Shown: one piece after another, positions 38,142-50,714 of the stretch | How positions within the stretch are numbered: position 1 is the first letter of the stretch | Layout of the letters: each line of letters begins with the position of its first letter | Translations under genes and position numbers: made by a program | Notes under the pieces: model-generated | Databases searched by the model: none | Told to the model about the DNA's origin: nothing | The model's input: only the letters and a program-made list of their open reading frames with translations | DNA from: Macrostomum lignano | Taxonomy: Eukaryota | Direction: 5' to 3' | NCBI GenBank assembly: GCA_002269645.1 | Contig: NIVC01000099.1 | Span: 806,001 to 870,000 of the forward strand | DNA: 64,000 bases

Positions 38142-41100
38142 ATATTAAAATACATTAATGTTCTGGCACATATTTTGCCTAGCCTACTTTGTTAGATAGT
38201 AATATCCCCCCTATACATTATACAAAAAATTGCTGGCATACTCCAATGCATAAAAAATAGTCTATACCTTGGAACCTTGCTATGCAGAATATTAAGTAGA
38301 TGATAGGCCTAGCTAGCAATTGTAACTTTTTGAAGAAGTAACAAAACTAATTTTACTATATAGAAAAACTTGATATTTTTTGTGATGTTAATTTTTAAAA
38401 AAGTTTTCTAGATTTTGATCATGCATTTTTGCTTTTTGCAATTTAAATAGAAAATTAATAATATAGCATCTGTCTTTTGTTATAGGCCTACAATGAATTT
38501 GTCATTAAAAAAATGTAGTTTTAAAGCCCAATAGTTCTATACAGAATGGACAGTTCCATGAGAAGTTTTTTTACTGATATGCTGATAGGCAAGATTTTTC
38601 GTGTTGGGTACAATATGAGTATTACCATATCATGAAGTTCATAGAAGCCCTCCCCAAGACTGGTAACTGTAGAATAAATCATTAAATGTACGGTATGAAG
38701 ATAGGCTTACAAAAAAGTTCCCAAAATTACATGCTTTCATGGGGGACAGGCCTCCTGGCTGCGCCAGCGCCAAAGTAAATCGTTTGCCACTGTCACAGTC
38801 AAAGGAAGAAAGAAAGCAACAATTGAATTCAATGAAATTGTATGAGGTATGACCACCTAATTCTACTTTGTAATATACTCAAAAGTTTTCTTTATAAAAG
38901 TGAACTATGATTTACGTTTTTACGTAAAATATAGTAATATTTATATTATTAACATAAATTCGATCTTGTCCGTAAATAAGTTTAATAAAAGACCCTTATT
39001 TGTATAACTGCAACAATTTATTTTGATTAAACTTTGCTTCTTCCGTAAATGGAAAGCGCCACGATCTTGGTTGTTTCTGTTAAAGCTTCTGGGCCTTTGG
39101 ATCGGATTATAATTAGTAATATAATACTAATGTCTTAATGTCTTAATGTTTTAAAGACTTCAGACTATACTATAGCCTACTAAACTACATGTTCGACGTT
39201 CCTAACAGTGCATGTATACACATAGTACCGGGCAGGGGCCTGGTCAGGCCAGGGCCCAAGAAAATGTAAAAGTACGCCTATGCATATGTGTACATATATT
39301 TGACAAATACGAAGTACATGTGTGAATATGCGCACACAATGCACGTACTGTTCACCAAGGACGATTTAAAAGTAAAGTAGGCAATTGTTTTTAGTCTCCC
39401 CTTGACTAAGTGCAATGTTGGTCTACACAGTTTCTATGCATGAAGTATTCAAACTTTTGTTTATTACAGAAAATGTGGGCAGATCGAGCTAGTACTGTAG
39501 CTCAACAGAGTAATTACCCATTTGATCGACTCTACGTATACCCGGCCCCAGCTCGCGGAGCGAGATTTTTTGTCTTGTGCACGTGTGAAATGTGACCCAT
39601 TACCGTAGGGCCAATCCCCAAAAACAATTGACACAAATCAGAGTGCCGTACATGTACATGTAAACGACGAAACGTACATGACGTGAGTATGTAAGTACAT
39701 ATACAATTGTACCGTATGTCTGCAATCTGCATGTGTCTGCATGGTATAGTGTCCGCAAGCTTGTACATGTATATTGTGTTACACGTACATGTAACGCATG
39801 TGGCAATTAGGACAGGAGTCAGCGGAATTGACAGATTGCCTCACATGTACCGCTGAGGTGGTATGGCCGGACGTCGATGTCACCGAAGTCGTACAACTAA
39901 TGTATAGCTACATGTATGGCCGGTGGCTCACAATACTCCCTGTGGTTATATTAATTTTTGTTACTGTGTGGGCGCGGCTCATATGCATGATGCAGTATGT
40001 GTCGATCCCATATTTCACTGGACTGCACATGTGCTGTGCATGCAACTGTATAGGGATTTCATGCATTTACCTTGAATTGCAGTGTGTACTACTACTAAAG
40101 TACATGTACATGTAAATCAATTTACATGCAGAATTTGCGATATTTACATTGAATGTGTAACGAGACGCAAATGCTTAAATAATTTTTTACAACGGCATGA
40201 TATGATTCAGTATGTAGCCACAGCACTTGTAGAGGCCGGAGCAAGCTAAATTTTAGCGGTTAAAACAATAGTTTTTTGCTAACACCATCAAACGCTGCGC
40301 AATGCAATGCGCCCCTGGTGCTGACGCCCCTGGTGTTTGTTCATTGTTCATCTTGCAAGTTTCCTGTGGGCTGTGAGTCTTCTGCCTGCAGTTCCCGGCA
40401 CAGCACAGCATGGCAGATGCGCGCACTTGCCCAGGAACGCAGCTGGCCGATTCTCCTAAATGTCAAATGCACAAAAAATGTTGAGCTGAAAAATCCGATT
40501 GCGGATTGCGACTGAGGCTTGAGAGCCTGTCGTGTCATTTTTACAGAGGCCATCCATCAGACGGGCGAGCCGCACAGAGCTGCAGCTAGCTCTCATGCCT
40601 TCATAGTTATTAATAGCCATAATTTTATTCGCAGCAGTTTTTTAACGCGAACTTCAAAATTGCGAAAGATATGAAATAAGCAACGCAGCGGCATTAGCGG
40701 CGGCCTCCAAAGAGGCCAAATTCTCACGCGCGAACCCAGAAGGCCCTAAAGGCCCCAGAAACAATTCTGTATCGCACGGTAGCTGTGTAAATCAAGAACT
40801 TGCAGCTCCCAGACGACGGAAAAATCTGTGGAATGGGAAACGAGTAGGATTGGCTGGCTGGGGGGAAGTGGAGGGGGACGCTGCTGCAACACTGCACAAT
40901 CCACATTAGGAAATAAGTAAGTAGTCAGTGAAGCTTATTTAGTCCTGTTTACTGGGCGAGTGGCAAACCACCAAAAAGCTAAATCTTTATACCCGAAAGG
41001 CCAGACAGACCGCCCCACCTTTAACAAACGGCCCAGCCAGCCCCACCACCCAAACTTTAACGCCACCTCTGACCCCTCCCCGCGCCGCTCCGCCGTTCCC

Positions 41101-43654
41101 TGTGATCTTGCCGCCCCCGGGCCCAGCCGATTGGGCGCTTCGCCAGAGCGATCGAGCGAGGGGAGGCGGCGGGGACGGCGGGTCCTGCAAGGTGGTTGGC
41201 CCAGCCGAGACCATAAAAACTCAAAACTTGGACGGGGCGCAGGGCCGGACCCCCTCTCCGCCAGACCACTGCGCGCGCACCAGTTTAGATTAATATATAT
41301 AATACATATTGTATACAACACGCGTGTATTCGAGTGGAGAGGCGCCTCCTCCTCCCCCCTCCGTCAAGCAGCGCATTTTGCCTTTTTATGACGCCGCCAA
41401 ACGGAGAGAGAGAGGCGGAGTTGGAGAGAAGAAAGAGCAGCCGACAAGCAGTTCAAAGTTAAACGCTATTATATTATTCAATTCAACACAGCCCGCGGGC
41501 CGCAAGGCATGGCGGGAGTCAAGTAGGCGGTGAGAGCGAGCGCCACTGCCCGTCTGTCTGATTTCTGCTTGACTACTCCCTAGAGGTGTCGCAAACTCAA
41601 GAAAATTTCCGGAATTTCCTGTAACGATTTCGCTCCAGCTCAGCTACATTTTTTGGTGAGTCTGCGCTAATTTTCAATTATTGCTGTGCTCAAATTTAAT
41701 GTATTATAAACGCCAAAGCCCAAGCAAAGTCAGGCAGTCAGTCAGAAGCTCCAGCCTAGGCGTGCCTTCGCATGTTTTTAATTTAATTTCACTTTCTACA
41801 ATGTTGCAACATCTAAAGTTACTCGCAATAATAATCAATAACGAGACGAATTTGACCAAAAATGAGTCAATAATAACCTTGTTGGCCAATATCTGGACCT
41901 TGTAGACGAGAATGCGGCAAATTTTATGACAAAAATTCGTGCCGCTCTCCGCTCTGGCCATACCTTGATATGAGTAGGTCGAGGGAATAGGACTAGACAC
42001 CTGGTGGTGGTATTCTTGTTTGATGCCATTTCCGCGTTGAGCAGTGGGTGAGCACTCGGCTCAACTCGAATCCCAAAAACAAATCCTTTCCTTCCCTTAT
42101 GCAGCCAAGCCCCGAGCAGTTGCAGCTGAGCAGCCGGCTGAGCTGAGCAGATTCGAACTAGCAGCTACTCAAGAATCCCGCAGTGGATGCCAAAGGGGAA
42201 GAGACAGGCCCGACAGCCCGGCCTGGGGAGGGCATGGAAGTAGAAAGGGACTTCGATCAGGATCGCTGACATGTCGGCTTGATTGATGACTGCTCATTGA
42301 GTGGGGGGAGCATGGCTGAGCAGGGCGGCTGTTCTCTGATGGGAAATAATGTGATTAGGCTCCACCCACCCCTGAGCCCCTTCTGCCCCTGCCCCCCGCG
42401 TTAAACAATTCTGAAATTTGATGAATGAAGATGACAGCGGGCCCTGGGTCTTGAGCATAAGGGAGCCTGACAAGTGACGGAATGCCGAGGGCCTCCGCCC
42501 CGTCCCCCCTGTCACCACGCATTTATCATGACTTCCATCCCAAGGGCTCTCCAGTGCGCGGCTTGAGGGGCCGAGCGAGAACTGCCTCGGCCCGAGATGT
42601 CGGGGCTGCTGGGGGCAGGCCGAGGTTCCCCAATTACTGCCGCCCCCGAACACCCGCGGGCTGCCAGGCCGGCTGCGGCAGCGCCTGGCTTTTTATCCTG
42701 CTCTGCCGCTCGCGCAGACTCCAGCAGGGCTTGTTGGCCGCCCTTCTCCCTTCCTTTCCTTATTCACCCTGGCTTGCATGCCGCCCTGCCTGTCCATCTG
42801 TCTCTCCATCCTGTCTAGCTCGGGCTATGGCCTCTTGTAATAGCTTTCATAGCTTTGAGCTTGCTGGCGAATCCAGGGAAGATTAGCTGGAGGACTATTA
42901 CTTATTATATTGGACTGTATTCAATATTGAGCTGGAAATAAAATAGGTGTCAGCTCTGTCTAGACTCACACACTGACGCAGTGACCAAACAAACAAATTT
43001 TCGAGCCATGGAAACTAGCCATTGAGACTGGTCATCTTAGACAATCAGATAACAATGAGAGGGAGAGGAGAGACAGGGAGACGAGACGAGAGATGGGAGA
43101 GGAGAGACAGGGAGACGAGAGACAGGGAGACGAGATTGGGAGAGGAGAGATGGGATAGGCGAGATGGGAGATGGCCAGATGGGAGTCAGAGGTGAGGGGA
43201 TATCGGGTTGTTGGTAGCTGAAGGATTCAGACAGAGAGTCGGATTGACAGCCAGAATCCGCAGAAGCAAGGCTGGGCAGGAGTCTTTCTAGCTCAGTTCG
43301 GCGACACATGCTGAGAAAATGATCAGGGCAGGCAGGCAGTACACACAGCGGGGCCTCAGTTAAGTTCATTGAGGGTGAGTAGCCAGAGAGTGCAAGGAAA
43401 ACTGGAAAAGATGGGCTGGCAGGCTGGCCCGGCCTGGGCAGAAACTCTACTAGCCTGATGCACCCGGATGATTGACAGTTCACTGATGAGCCGCGCCGGC
43501 CAGCATTCATTCAGGGGGATTTCTTCTGCGGATCACAGTGCTCATGCTTGCATTCCAGCCTCTCCTTCATCTCCCGAACTCGTGTCCTGCTAAAGAAAAT
43601 TTGCTGGTTTCTGCTTACCCGTGTTGAATCTTATATTGTTATTGAATCACTGCG

Positions 43655-43885
43655 GGGATAGCAGCTGAGGGACTGGGGCAGCAGCTGAGGGACTGGGGCA
43701 GCAGCTGAGGGACTGGGGCAGCAGCTGAGGGACTGGGGCAGCAGCTGAGGGACTGGGGCAGCAGCTGAGAGACTGGGGCAGCAGCTGAGGGATTGGGGCA
43801 ACAGCTGAGGGACTGGGGCAACAGCTGAGGGATTAGGGTAGCAGCTGAGGGACTGGGGCAGCAGCTGAGGGACCGGGGCAGTAGC
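43655..43885. repeat. 20-bp minisatellite containing CAGCTG
   Basis: gactggggcagcagctgagg. Confidence 0.9.
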
Positions 43886-44599
43886 TGGGAGTCAGCTCAG
43901 GCAGTAGCAAGAGCAACAAGAAAGACGTCATGTATTTGCACATGAGTAGCATATACTAAGAATTTAATCATCAGTTATGGGGCTTTCCGATTTCACCACT
44001 TCACAACCCAAGTCAGCTAGCAGTCTCAGCAGTCCACAGCGTTGAACTCTCACTTTCTGGGGTCTGCAATTTGCTCTGGGAGTAAAAAACCCAAAAGGTG
44101 AAGCAGAGGCCGGAGCTGCGCGATTGCGGGCCCAACCGGCGAAGAGTGACAGCTCAGACCTCGGAGGAGTTGACGGACAGCTGCTTATAATTTGGTTGTC
44201 CACTTGAGCAATTGTACTCACACACTGCCCCACCAACACGCGCGGCCCCTCCCCGCCCCGTAACCTCATTTGCGAAAGCCCGGGAGCAACCTGCTCAGCG
44301 GAGGCCAGGGAGGGCTGGCGGCGAGCGGCCCTCCACACAATATTCGTGTTGCGGCCGCGTCCGTGTTACTCAAGAGACCTCATCAAGACCGTCAGTTATG
44401 CCCCCCGGAGCGCCAGAAACTGCGGAGCCACTCCGCAACTGTCTCTCACTGCGTGTCTGTCCGTTTTTTACTTTTAAGTCTCGTGTTTTTCAAGCCCTCC
44501 ACCCCAGCCGTGGCGAATGCGACTCGGGTGATCAGTCAGCTCTGGTCTGTTGCACTTGAGCTCACTGTCTTGATCTCTTGGGATTTTGAAATGGGGATA

Positions 44600-44935
44600 T
44601 CAATGGGACTTTCCAGGTGATTGGGGATCTTAACGGGATTTTCCAGGTGATTGAGGATCTTAACGGGACTTTCCAGATGATGATTTGGGATCTTAACGGG
44701 ACTTTCCAGGTGATTGGGGATCTTAATGGGACTTTCCCGGTGATTGGGGATCTCCTAATGGGACTTTCCAGGTGATTTGGGGATCTTAATGGGACTTTCC
44801 AGGTGATTGAGGATCTTAATGGGACTTTTCGAGTTATTGGGGATCTTAACAGAGCTTTCCATATGATGATTGGGGATCTTAATGGGACTTTCCAGGCGAT
44901 TAGGGATCTTAATAATGGGGGATGGGATCTTAATG
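44600..44935. repeat. ~30-bp minisatellite whose unit contains GGGACTTTCC
   Basis: aatgggactttccaggtgattggggatctt, ~10-11 units. Confidence 0.9.
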
Positions 44936-45918
44936 TGGAATTTCAGGTGGATAACTGGGACCACATGGATCATAACAATGGGGATCAAGGAGTTCTGATT
45001 CACTAAGTGTACATACACATTGTTCGAACACTTCCGTGCAAATCAGTCAGCCTAGTCTTTGCTGGACAAGATCGAGCTCTCATCGCATTATCCGAAAAAC
45101 GTATCCTCGCATAACTCTTATCTGTCTGAGTTGTGAGCGGCCTTTGCAGACTATTAAAGCACTAAGCGCTGACAGTTTTAAGGGCCCCAGCCCGGCTTTA
45201 ATAATAAAATTGTTTATGGTCCAAACCGAGGCGCTTCGTGCAGCTCTGACCCTCTCGGCCCGAAGGCTGTAAAAGTAAGGCTGCTGGAGGCTTCAAATTC
45301 GAACTGGCTGGGCTGCGGCAACAACACAGGAAAAGCTTGACAGAAGCACCCGGGGCCCCCGCCCGCCTGCAGCTTTGATTTACAACCGCAGAGCCAGAAG
45401 GCCCGCCAGCCACACGGGCGGGCAGGCAGGCAGTCTAGTACAGCCAGACCCGACCCCGACAACAACAGGGCCAAGCCGCAAAAAATGCCCCTCCCTATGT
45501 GCGTAGGTGCGCGGCTCTCATAGCTCGAATGAGTCAAATGAAATGAATAGAGCTAAACTGAGAACAGCTCATTCGTGAGTGATAAGGCACCCAAATATGC
45601 AGCTGGTCTGAGCTCGAGTTCCTCTCACCTCTCACATCTTACCCGAATGATCAACACTGTAGTATAGACTTCCATTAGAGCGTTATACCTCAATTATCTA
45701 CCCAATGAAAGACTTGCCATTCTTTGCCTAATCTCCCATCTCCCACCTGATCTTCCATCTCCCACCTGATCTCCCATCTCCTACCTGATCTCTAATCTCC
45801 CACCTGATCTCCAATCTCCCCAGTGCATAAACTGTTAATCCCTCATCCAAAGCGGACCAGGCCTGAGATTCATCTATGAGTTCATCTATCCATATTTTCA
45901 CTCGGAAATTTCAGTCGG

Positions 45919-47173
45919 ATGCAATCGCAGCAGCGGCAGCCCAGCCCAGACATGGCAGACTCCATCGAGACTGTCAGCGCATCAACCACCGCTTTAGTAG
46001 CATCAGCCACTTCAACTCCCGGTATCGCCTCGGCGCCATCAGCATCCGCGATGTCGAGCTCTGCCACCGCCGCTATGGTGCCGCCGAAGAAGCGGGCGAT
46101 CAGCAGCGAAGACCACCGGCGGGACTCCGCAGGCCCGGACCCGCTCGACCTGTCCGGCCGCGGAGGCGGCGATCCGGCGGCGGCAGCGGGTGGCGCCAGC
46201 CCGGCCGCAGCGGGCAGCCAGCAGCGGGACCTTCTGCGAGACCACTACCTCCAGCTGCAGTACCTTCGACAGGTGGGCGGCTTCGGTCTCGTTGATGCGC
46301 AGCAGCAGCAGCAGCAGCAGCTTCTTCTGCTGCATCACCTGCAGCAGCAGCAACAACAGCAGCAGGCCTCGATGTACGCGCACTACCTGTACTGCTCATC
46401 GCTTGCCGGCAACGCGCCACTGATGATGCCGCCATTCTTCGGCCTGCAGATCCAGCCGCCAACCTCCTTGGCCTTCCCTCACTTTGCGCAGCCGCAACTT
46501 CCGCCGCCGCCTCCGCCGCCGGCCCTTCAGCAGCCGCCGCAGCTTTCGGCGCCTCCTACAACCGCGCCGTCTCGACTACCCGCCGCGCCGACAGCGAAGC
46601 GGCAGCAGCTCCCTCAGCAAGTTGCTGCCTCGCCAGCTGGCGGCCTCGCCACCCCCAAGACTTCGCCGTCGACGACCGCCTCCGCCGCAGCCTCAGCGGC
46701 AGTCGCAGCCGCCGCCGCCGCCGCCGCCGCCACCGCCACCGGCCGAGAAACGGACTTTGTCTGCTCGTGCGAGCGCTCCTTCCCCAGCCTGATCAACCTG
46801 ACGGTGCATCTGACCGAGACCGGGCACTCGCCAGCCGCGGGCATCAAGGAGAAGGACCTGCCCAAGCTGGTGCGCGGCCAGGACATGTGGATCAACTCGG
46901 AGACCGAGCAGACCAGGGAGATCCTGCGCTGCATCCGCTGCCGCCAGAGCTTTCGCACCCTGCCTGAGCTCACCCTCCACATGATGCACAGCGGCCACTA
47001 TGCGGAGATCATCTACAGCGAGCAGCAGCAGCAGCAGCCGCCGCAGGCGCAGCAAACTCCGCCATCCCAGCCCCCCAAGAAGTCGTCCCCGCTAGCCCTG
47101 CCGTCGCCGCAGCCGCAGCAGAAGCGGCGCCGTCAGGCAACAGCGGAGGTGACAGAGGCCGATTCGGCATCAG

Positions 47174-47204
<31 letters not shown>

Positions 47205-48153
47205 CACGCTGGAGAAGATGAGGCAGTTCGTAGAAGACAACCTCCGGATGGGGGCAGCTCAGCAGCCGCAGCCGCAAGCTTCGCCAACGCAGCAGTTTCA
47301 GCAGCCGCCGAGCCGCTGCGACTACCTGAGCCCGGACTGCGCCGCCAGCCCGCCGCCGGCCTCTCCCGCCGCCGCTACAGTCAACGGCCACGGCGCCGAC
47401 TCGGCGTCGCTAGCGGCTTCGGCATCCTCAGCTGGGGTGGCGCTGGCCGACCCGCTGAGCTCCCTGCAGCGGCTGGTGGACACGGCGGAGAGGGCCGTGC
47501 CGACCGTCGCCAGTCCGGCTGCCCGGCCGGCGTCCGCTCCGGATACTCAGCAGCAGCAGCAGCAGGCCGCGGTGCACGGAGGCCTCCTGCTCAGTCCGCT
47601 GTACCACCCGCTGTGCCAGCCGGCCTCATCAGCTGCCAGCAGGTCGTCCTCAGCCTCTTCAACTCCGGCAGCGGCAGCGGCGGCAACGGTGGCTTCGGCG
47701 GGCAGCCAGAAGCCGAAGCGAAAAACCTCGGGCCCGTCGGGGGGCAAGTCGGCCGAGAAGCTGCGCACTCTGCAAACGAACTCGGCGACTGCGGCTGCGG
47801 CTGCGGCTGCGGCAGCAGCAGCGGCGGGCGGGCTCCAGAAGCGGGCCAGGTGCCAGTACTGCGGCAAGCCGTTCGCCAACAAAGGCCAGGTGCGGCTGCA
47901 CATCAGCAAGGGCAAATGCCCCCGCCTGATGGCCTCCTTCCCCGCCACCTGCATGCCTCCGCTGGTGCACCCGGAGCTCTGCGGCGCCGCGGCCGCAGCA
48001 GCAGCCGCCGCGGCAGCCTCAGCCGGCGCCGCAGATTCCTCGCCGCTGGACTGCCTGCGGGCCGTAGCGGCGGCGGCGGCAGCTGCTGCAGCGGCTTCGG
48101 CGCCTTCTGGAACCTCGCCAGCTGCTGCCACCGGGCCCACTGATGCGCGATGA
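45919..48153 (+). CDS. tsh: Teashirt/tiptop (TSHZ-family) zinc-finger transcription factor, main coding exon
   Basis: 744-aa ORF after acceptor tttcag at 45914. Contains PLDLS (CtBP motif), ZF1 CSCERSFPSLINLTVHLTETGH, the teashirt-type linker PKLVRGQDMW...QTREILRC, ZF2 CIRCRQSFRTLPELTLHMMHSGH and C-terminal finger CQYCGKPFANKGQVRLHISKGKC. A short upstream coding exon is possible. Confidence 0.88.
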
Positions 48154-48335
48154 CCGCCTCCTGGCTGGTGCACAATATGCACTTCAGGGTCAGTTCAGGT
48201 CTGTGTAACTATTCCAATTAGCACCTGCATGTACACTCGAGACTGGCAGTCAGCCAATATTCAATATGCAGTGCCTCGCGTACTTTCTGCTCTGTCACAC
48301 TCCTGGAGATGTCGCGCCCCATGAAATCTGCTGTA

Positions 48336-49628
48336 CGAGGGGCACTATTAAAGTTCTGAGCCTTAATATGAAAGAGAGGAGATATGGGCAAAGTGAGATC
48401 AGCTTTTCTCAACATAGTCTCCCCCAACCAAGATGCACTTATGGCATCTTGATCACAGCGCCTCAATGCCACTCTGGAAGAATTGCACCGAGCAGCCCTC
48501 AAACCAAGCAGTTGCAGCATCCTTCAGCGCATCATCAGTGTCAAATCGCTGTCCACGGAGCGCCCGCTTGAGATGTGGAAACAGGTGGAAGTCGCTCGGG
48601 GCCAGGTCTGGTGAATAGGCTTGGTGCGGCAGCTCTCGAAACCCTGCGACACTAACAGCAGCCTTGGCAATCCTGCTAGTGTGGGCCGGTGCATTGTCGT
48701 GCAGCAGCACAACACCTCGGCTCAGCATCCCTCGCCTATTTTCCTTGATTGCCTCGCGCAGACATGCGATCAGGTCAGCGTAGTAGGCGCCTGTGACTGT
48801 CTGCTTGTGCGGTAGAAAGTCCAGCAGCAGCGGGCCCTTGGCATCCCAGAAGACGGTGAGCATAATCTTGCCCGCACTGCATGCAGTCCGTGCCTTCAGT
48901 GGTGCAGGTGAACCAACTGGCAGCCACTGCTTGGACTCCTGCTTGGACTCGGGATCGTGGTGATGGATCCACGTCTCATCCCCGGTCACGCAGCAGGACA
49001 GAAAGTTGGCAGGGTCCGGATTGTAGGAGTCCAGAACAAGCTTTGAGTACTGCACCCGTGCGGTCTTTTGGTCCCTTGTCAAGATTCGTGGGATCCATCT
49101 GGCAGAAACCTTGGACAGATGAAGATGCTGGTGCAGGATCTCAATGACTTGCGGGTCAGAGAGTCCAGTGTCTGCCGCAAGTTCCCTGACTTTCACCCGC
49201 TGGTCACTGTCAACCAGAGCCTGGATGCGCTGGATGTTGTCGGCAGTGACAGCAGTCCGGGGTCGTCCACATCGGGGGTCATCTTCGAGCGAGTCGCGGC
49301 CACGCTTGAACTCGGCTGCCCAGCGATTTATGGTGGCGTATGAGGGGGCAGCGTCAGCGTACACACTAGCCATGCGGCTTTGAATTTCAGCAGGCTTTGA
49401 GCCCTCCAGAGTCAGAAATTTAATCACTGCCCTGTGCTCAAGCTTCAATTCTTGAGAAAATGCCATGGGGTGCTGGAAATAAAATGGTGCAGTGGGACTT
49501 AGGGAATGCAGAAAATTCTGAAAAGTTGACAATAGACTATTAACATGTGGCGCTTTTAGAGCCTAAAGTTTCAACACTTTGCCACTATAAGATCTTGGTC
49601 AGGCTCAGAACTTTAATAGTGCCCCTCG
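48336..49628 (-). mobile_element. Full-length mariner (DD34D) transposon, 1293 bp, irritans/Himar-like
   Basis: Perfect 28-bp TIR CGAGGGGCACTATTAAAGTTCTGAGCCT with TA TSD on both sides. Transposase motifs [28 protein letters not shown], with D34D spacing. Confidence 0.96.
48399..49466 (-). pseudogene. Mariner transposase (355 codons) with an in-frame TGA 18 codons before the natural stop
   Basis: Reads from ATG at 49466 ([18 protein letters not shown]) to ...GIEAL*SRCHKCILVGGDYVEKS*; premature stop at 48453-48455. Confidence 0.85.
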
Positions 49629-49854
49629 TATCTGCTGTATCATTGATTTGTCTGTGCTGCCAAATTCCCTGTCAAGCCTTTCCTGTTCAGCGTATCGTTT
49701 TTTTAGCGAAATTAATTTGGTGAGTTGAGCATCAACTTCTCACAGTTTTAGTGTCACTTTGCTGCTTGTCCAGGCATGCTTTGCCCTCCTTGTTGTTCCG
49801 CATGCCGCTTGCTTCATCAACTGCAGGAATCTTGAGAAAGAAAAAAAGTTATCT

Positions 49855-50345
49855 CTCTTATCTCACCTTTTATCTCTCTCTATCTCACCCTCTATCTCTC
49901 TGTATCTCACCCTCTATCTCTCTTTATCTCACCTCTATCTCTCTGTATCTCACCCTCTATCTCTCTGTATCTCACCCTCTATCTCTCTTTATCTCACCCT
50001 CTATCTCTCTTTATCTCACCTCTATCTCTCTGTATCTCACCCTCTATCTCTCTTTATCTCACCATCTATCTCTCTTTATCTCACCTCTATCTCTCTGTAT
50101 CTCACCCTCTATCTCTCTTTATCTCACCCTCTATCTCTCTATCTCACCCTCTATCTCTCTTTATCTCACCCTTTATCTCTGTATTTCACTTCTCTCTCTG
50201 TCTATCACAGTCTATCTCTCTTTATCTCACCTCTATCTCTCTGTATCTCACTCATCTATCCTCTTTATCTCACCCTCTATCTCTCTTTATCTCACCTCTG
50301 TCTCTCTGTATCTCACCCCCTATCTCTCCGTATCTCACCCTCCTT
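49855..50345. repeat. Pyrimidine-rich low-complexity repeat
   Basis: tatctcaccctctatctctct-type units. Confidence 0.88.
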
Positions 50346-50714
50346 GAATTCTCACCCTACTTGAATGAGTTTTGAAGCTCCTGCACTCTTGGCTGGTGCT
50401 TGAGCTGCTGGCTCCTGATCTCTGTTAATTTGCGATCTGCCTCTGTCACTGTTAGTGAAACTTGGCTCATGGCATGCTACTGGTTGGTGTCGCGCTTGGA
50501 ACAATACAATGATGATCGCACAGTACTTCCAGTCACATTCTTTAATGATTTGCGTCAGTGTAACTGAAGTGTTTCTGGCTTATTTTCATGGATTTTTTAA
50601 ACTTTTTTATCAGAAGAGCTAATTTCCTACAGACGTAAAGAACCAGATACAGACAGGCAGACGGGGGAGACAGAAGGGAAGACAGTAAATCGAGACGGAT
50701 AGAAGCGAGACTAT

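Noticed and set aside
39400-45500. Short ORFs between Cdc42 and teashirt, and in 54000-57200
   Set aside because: No recognisable domains and no phase-consistent exon chain; treated as non-coding or regulatory.
49467-49532. N-terminal extension of the mariner ORF in the track
   Set aside because: It starts at a non-ATG codon; mariner homology begins at the ATG at 49466.
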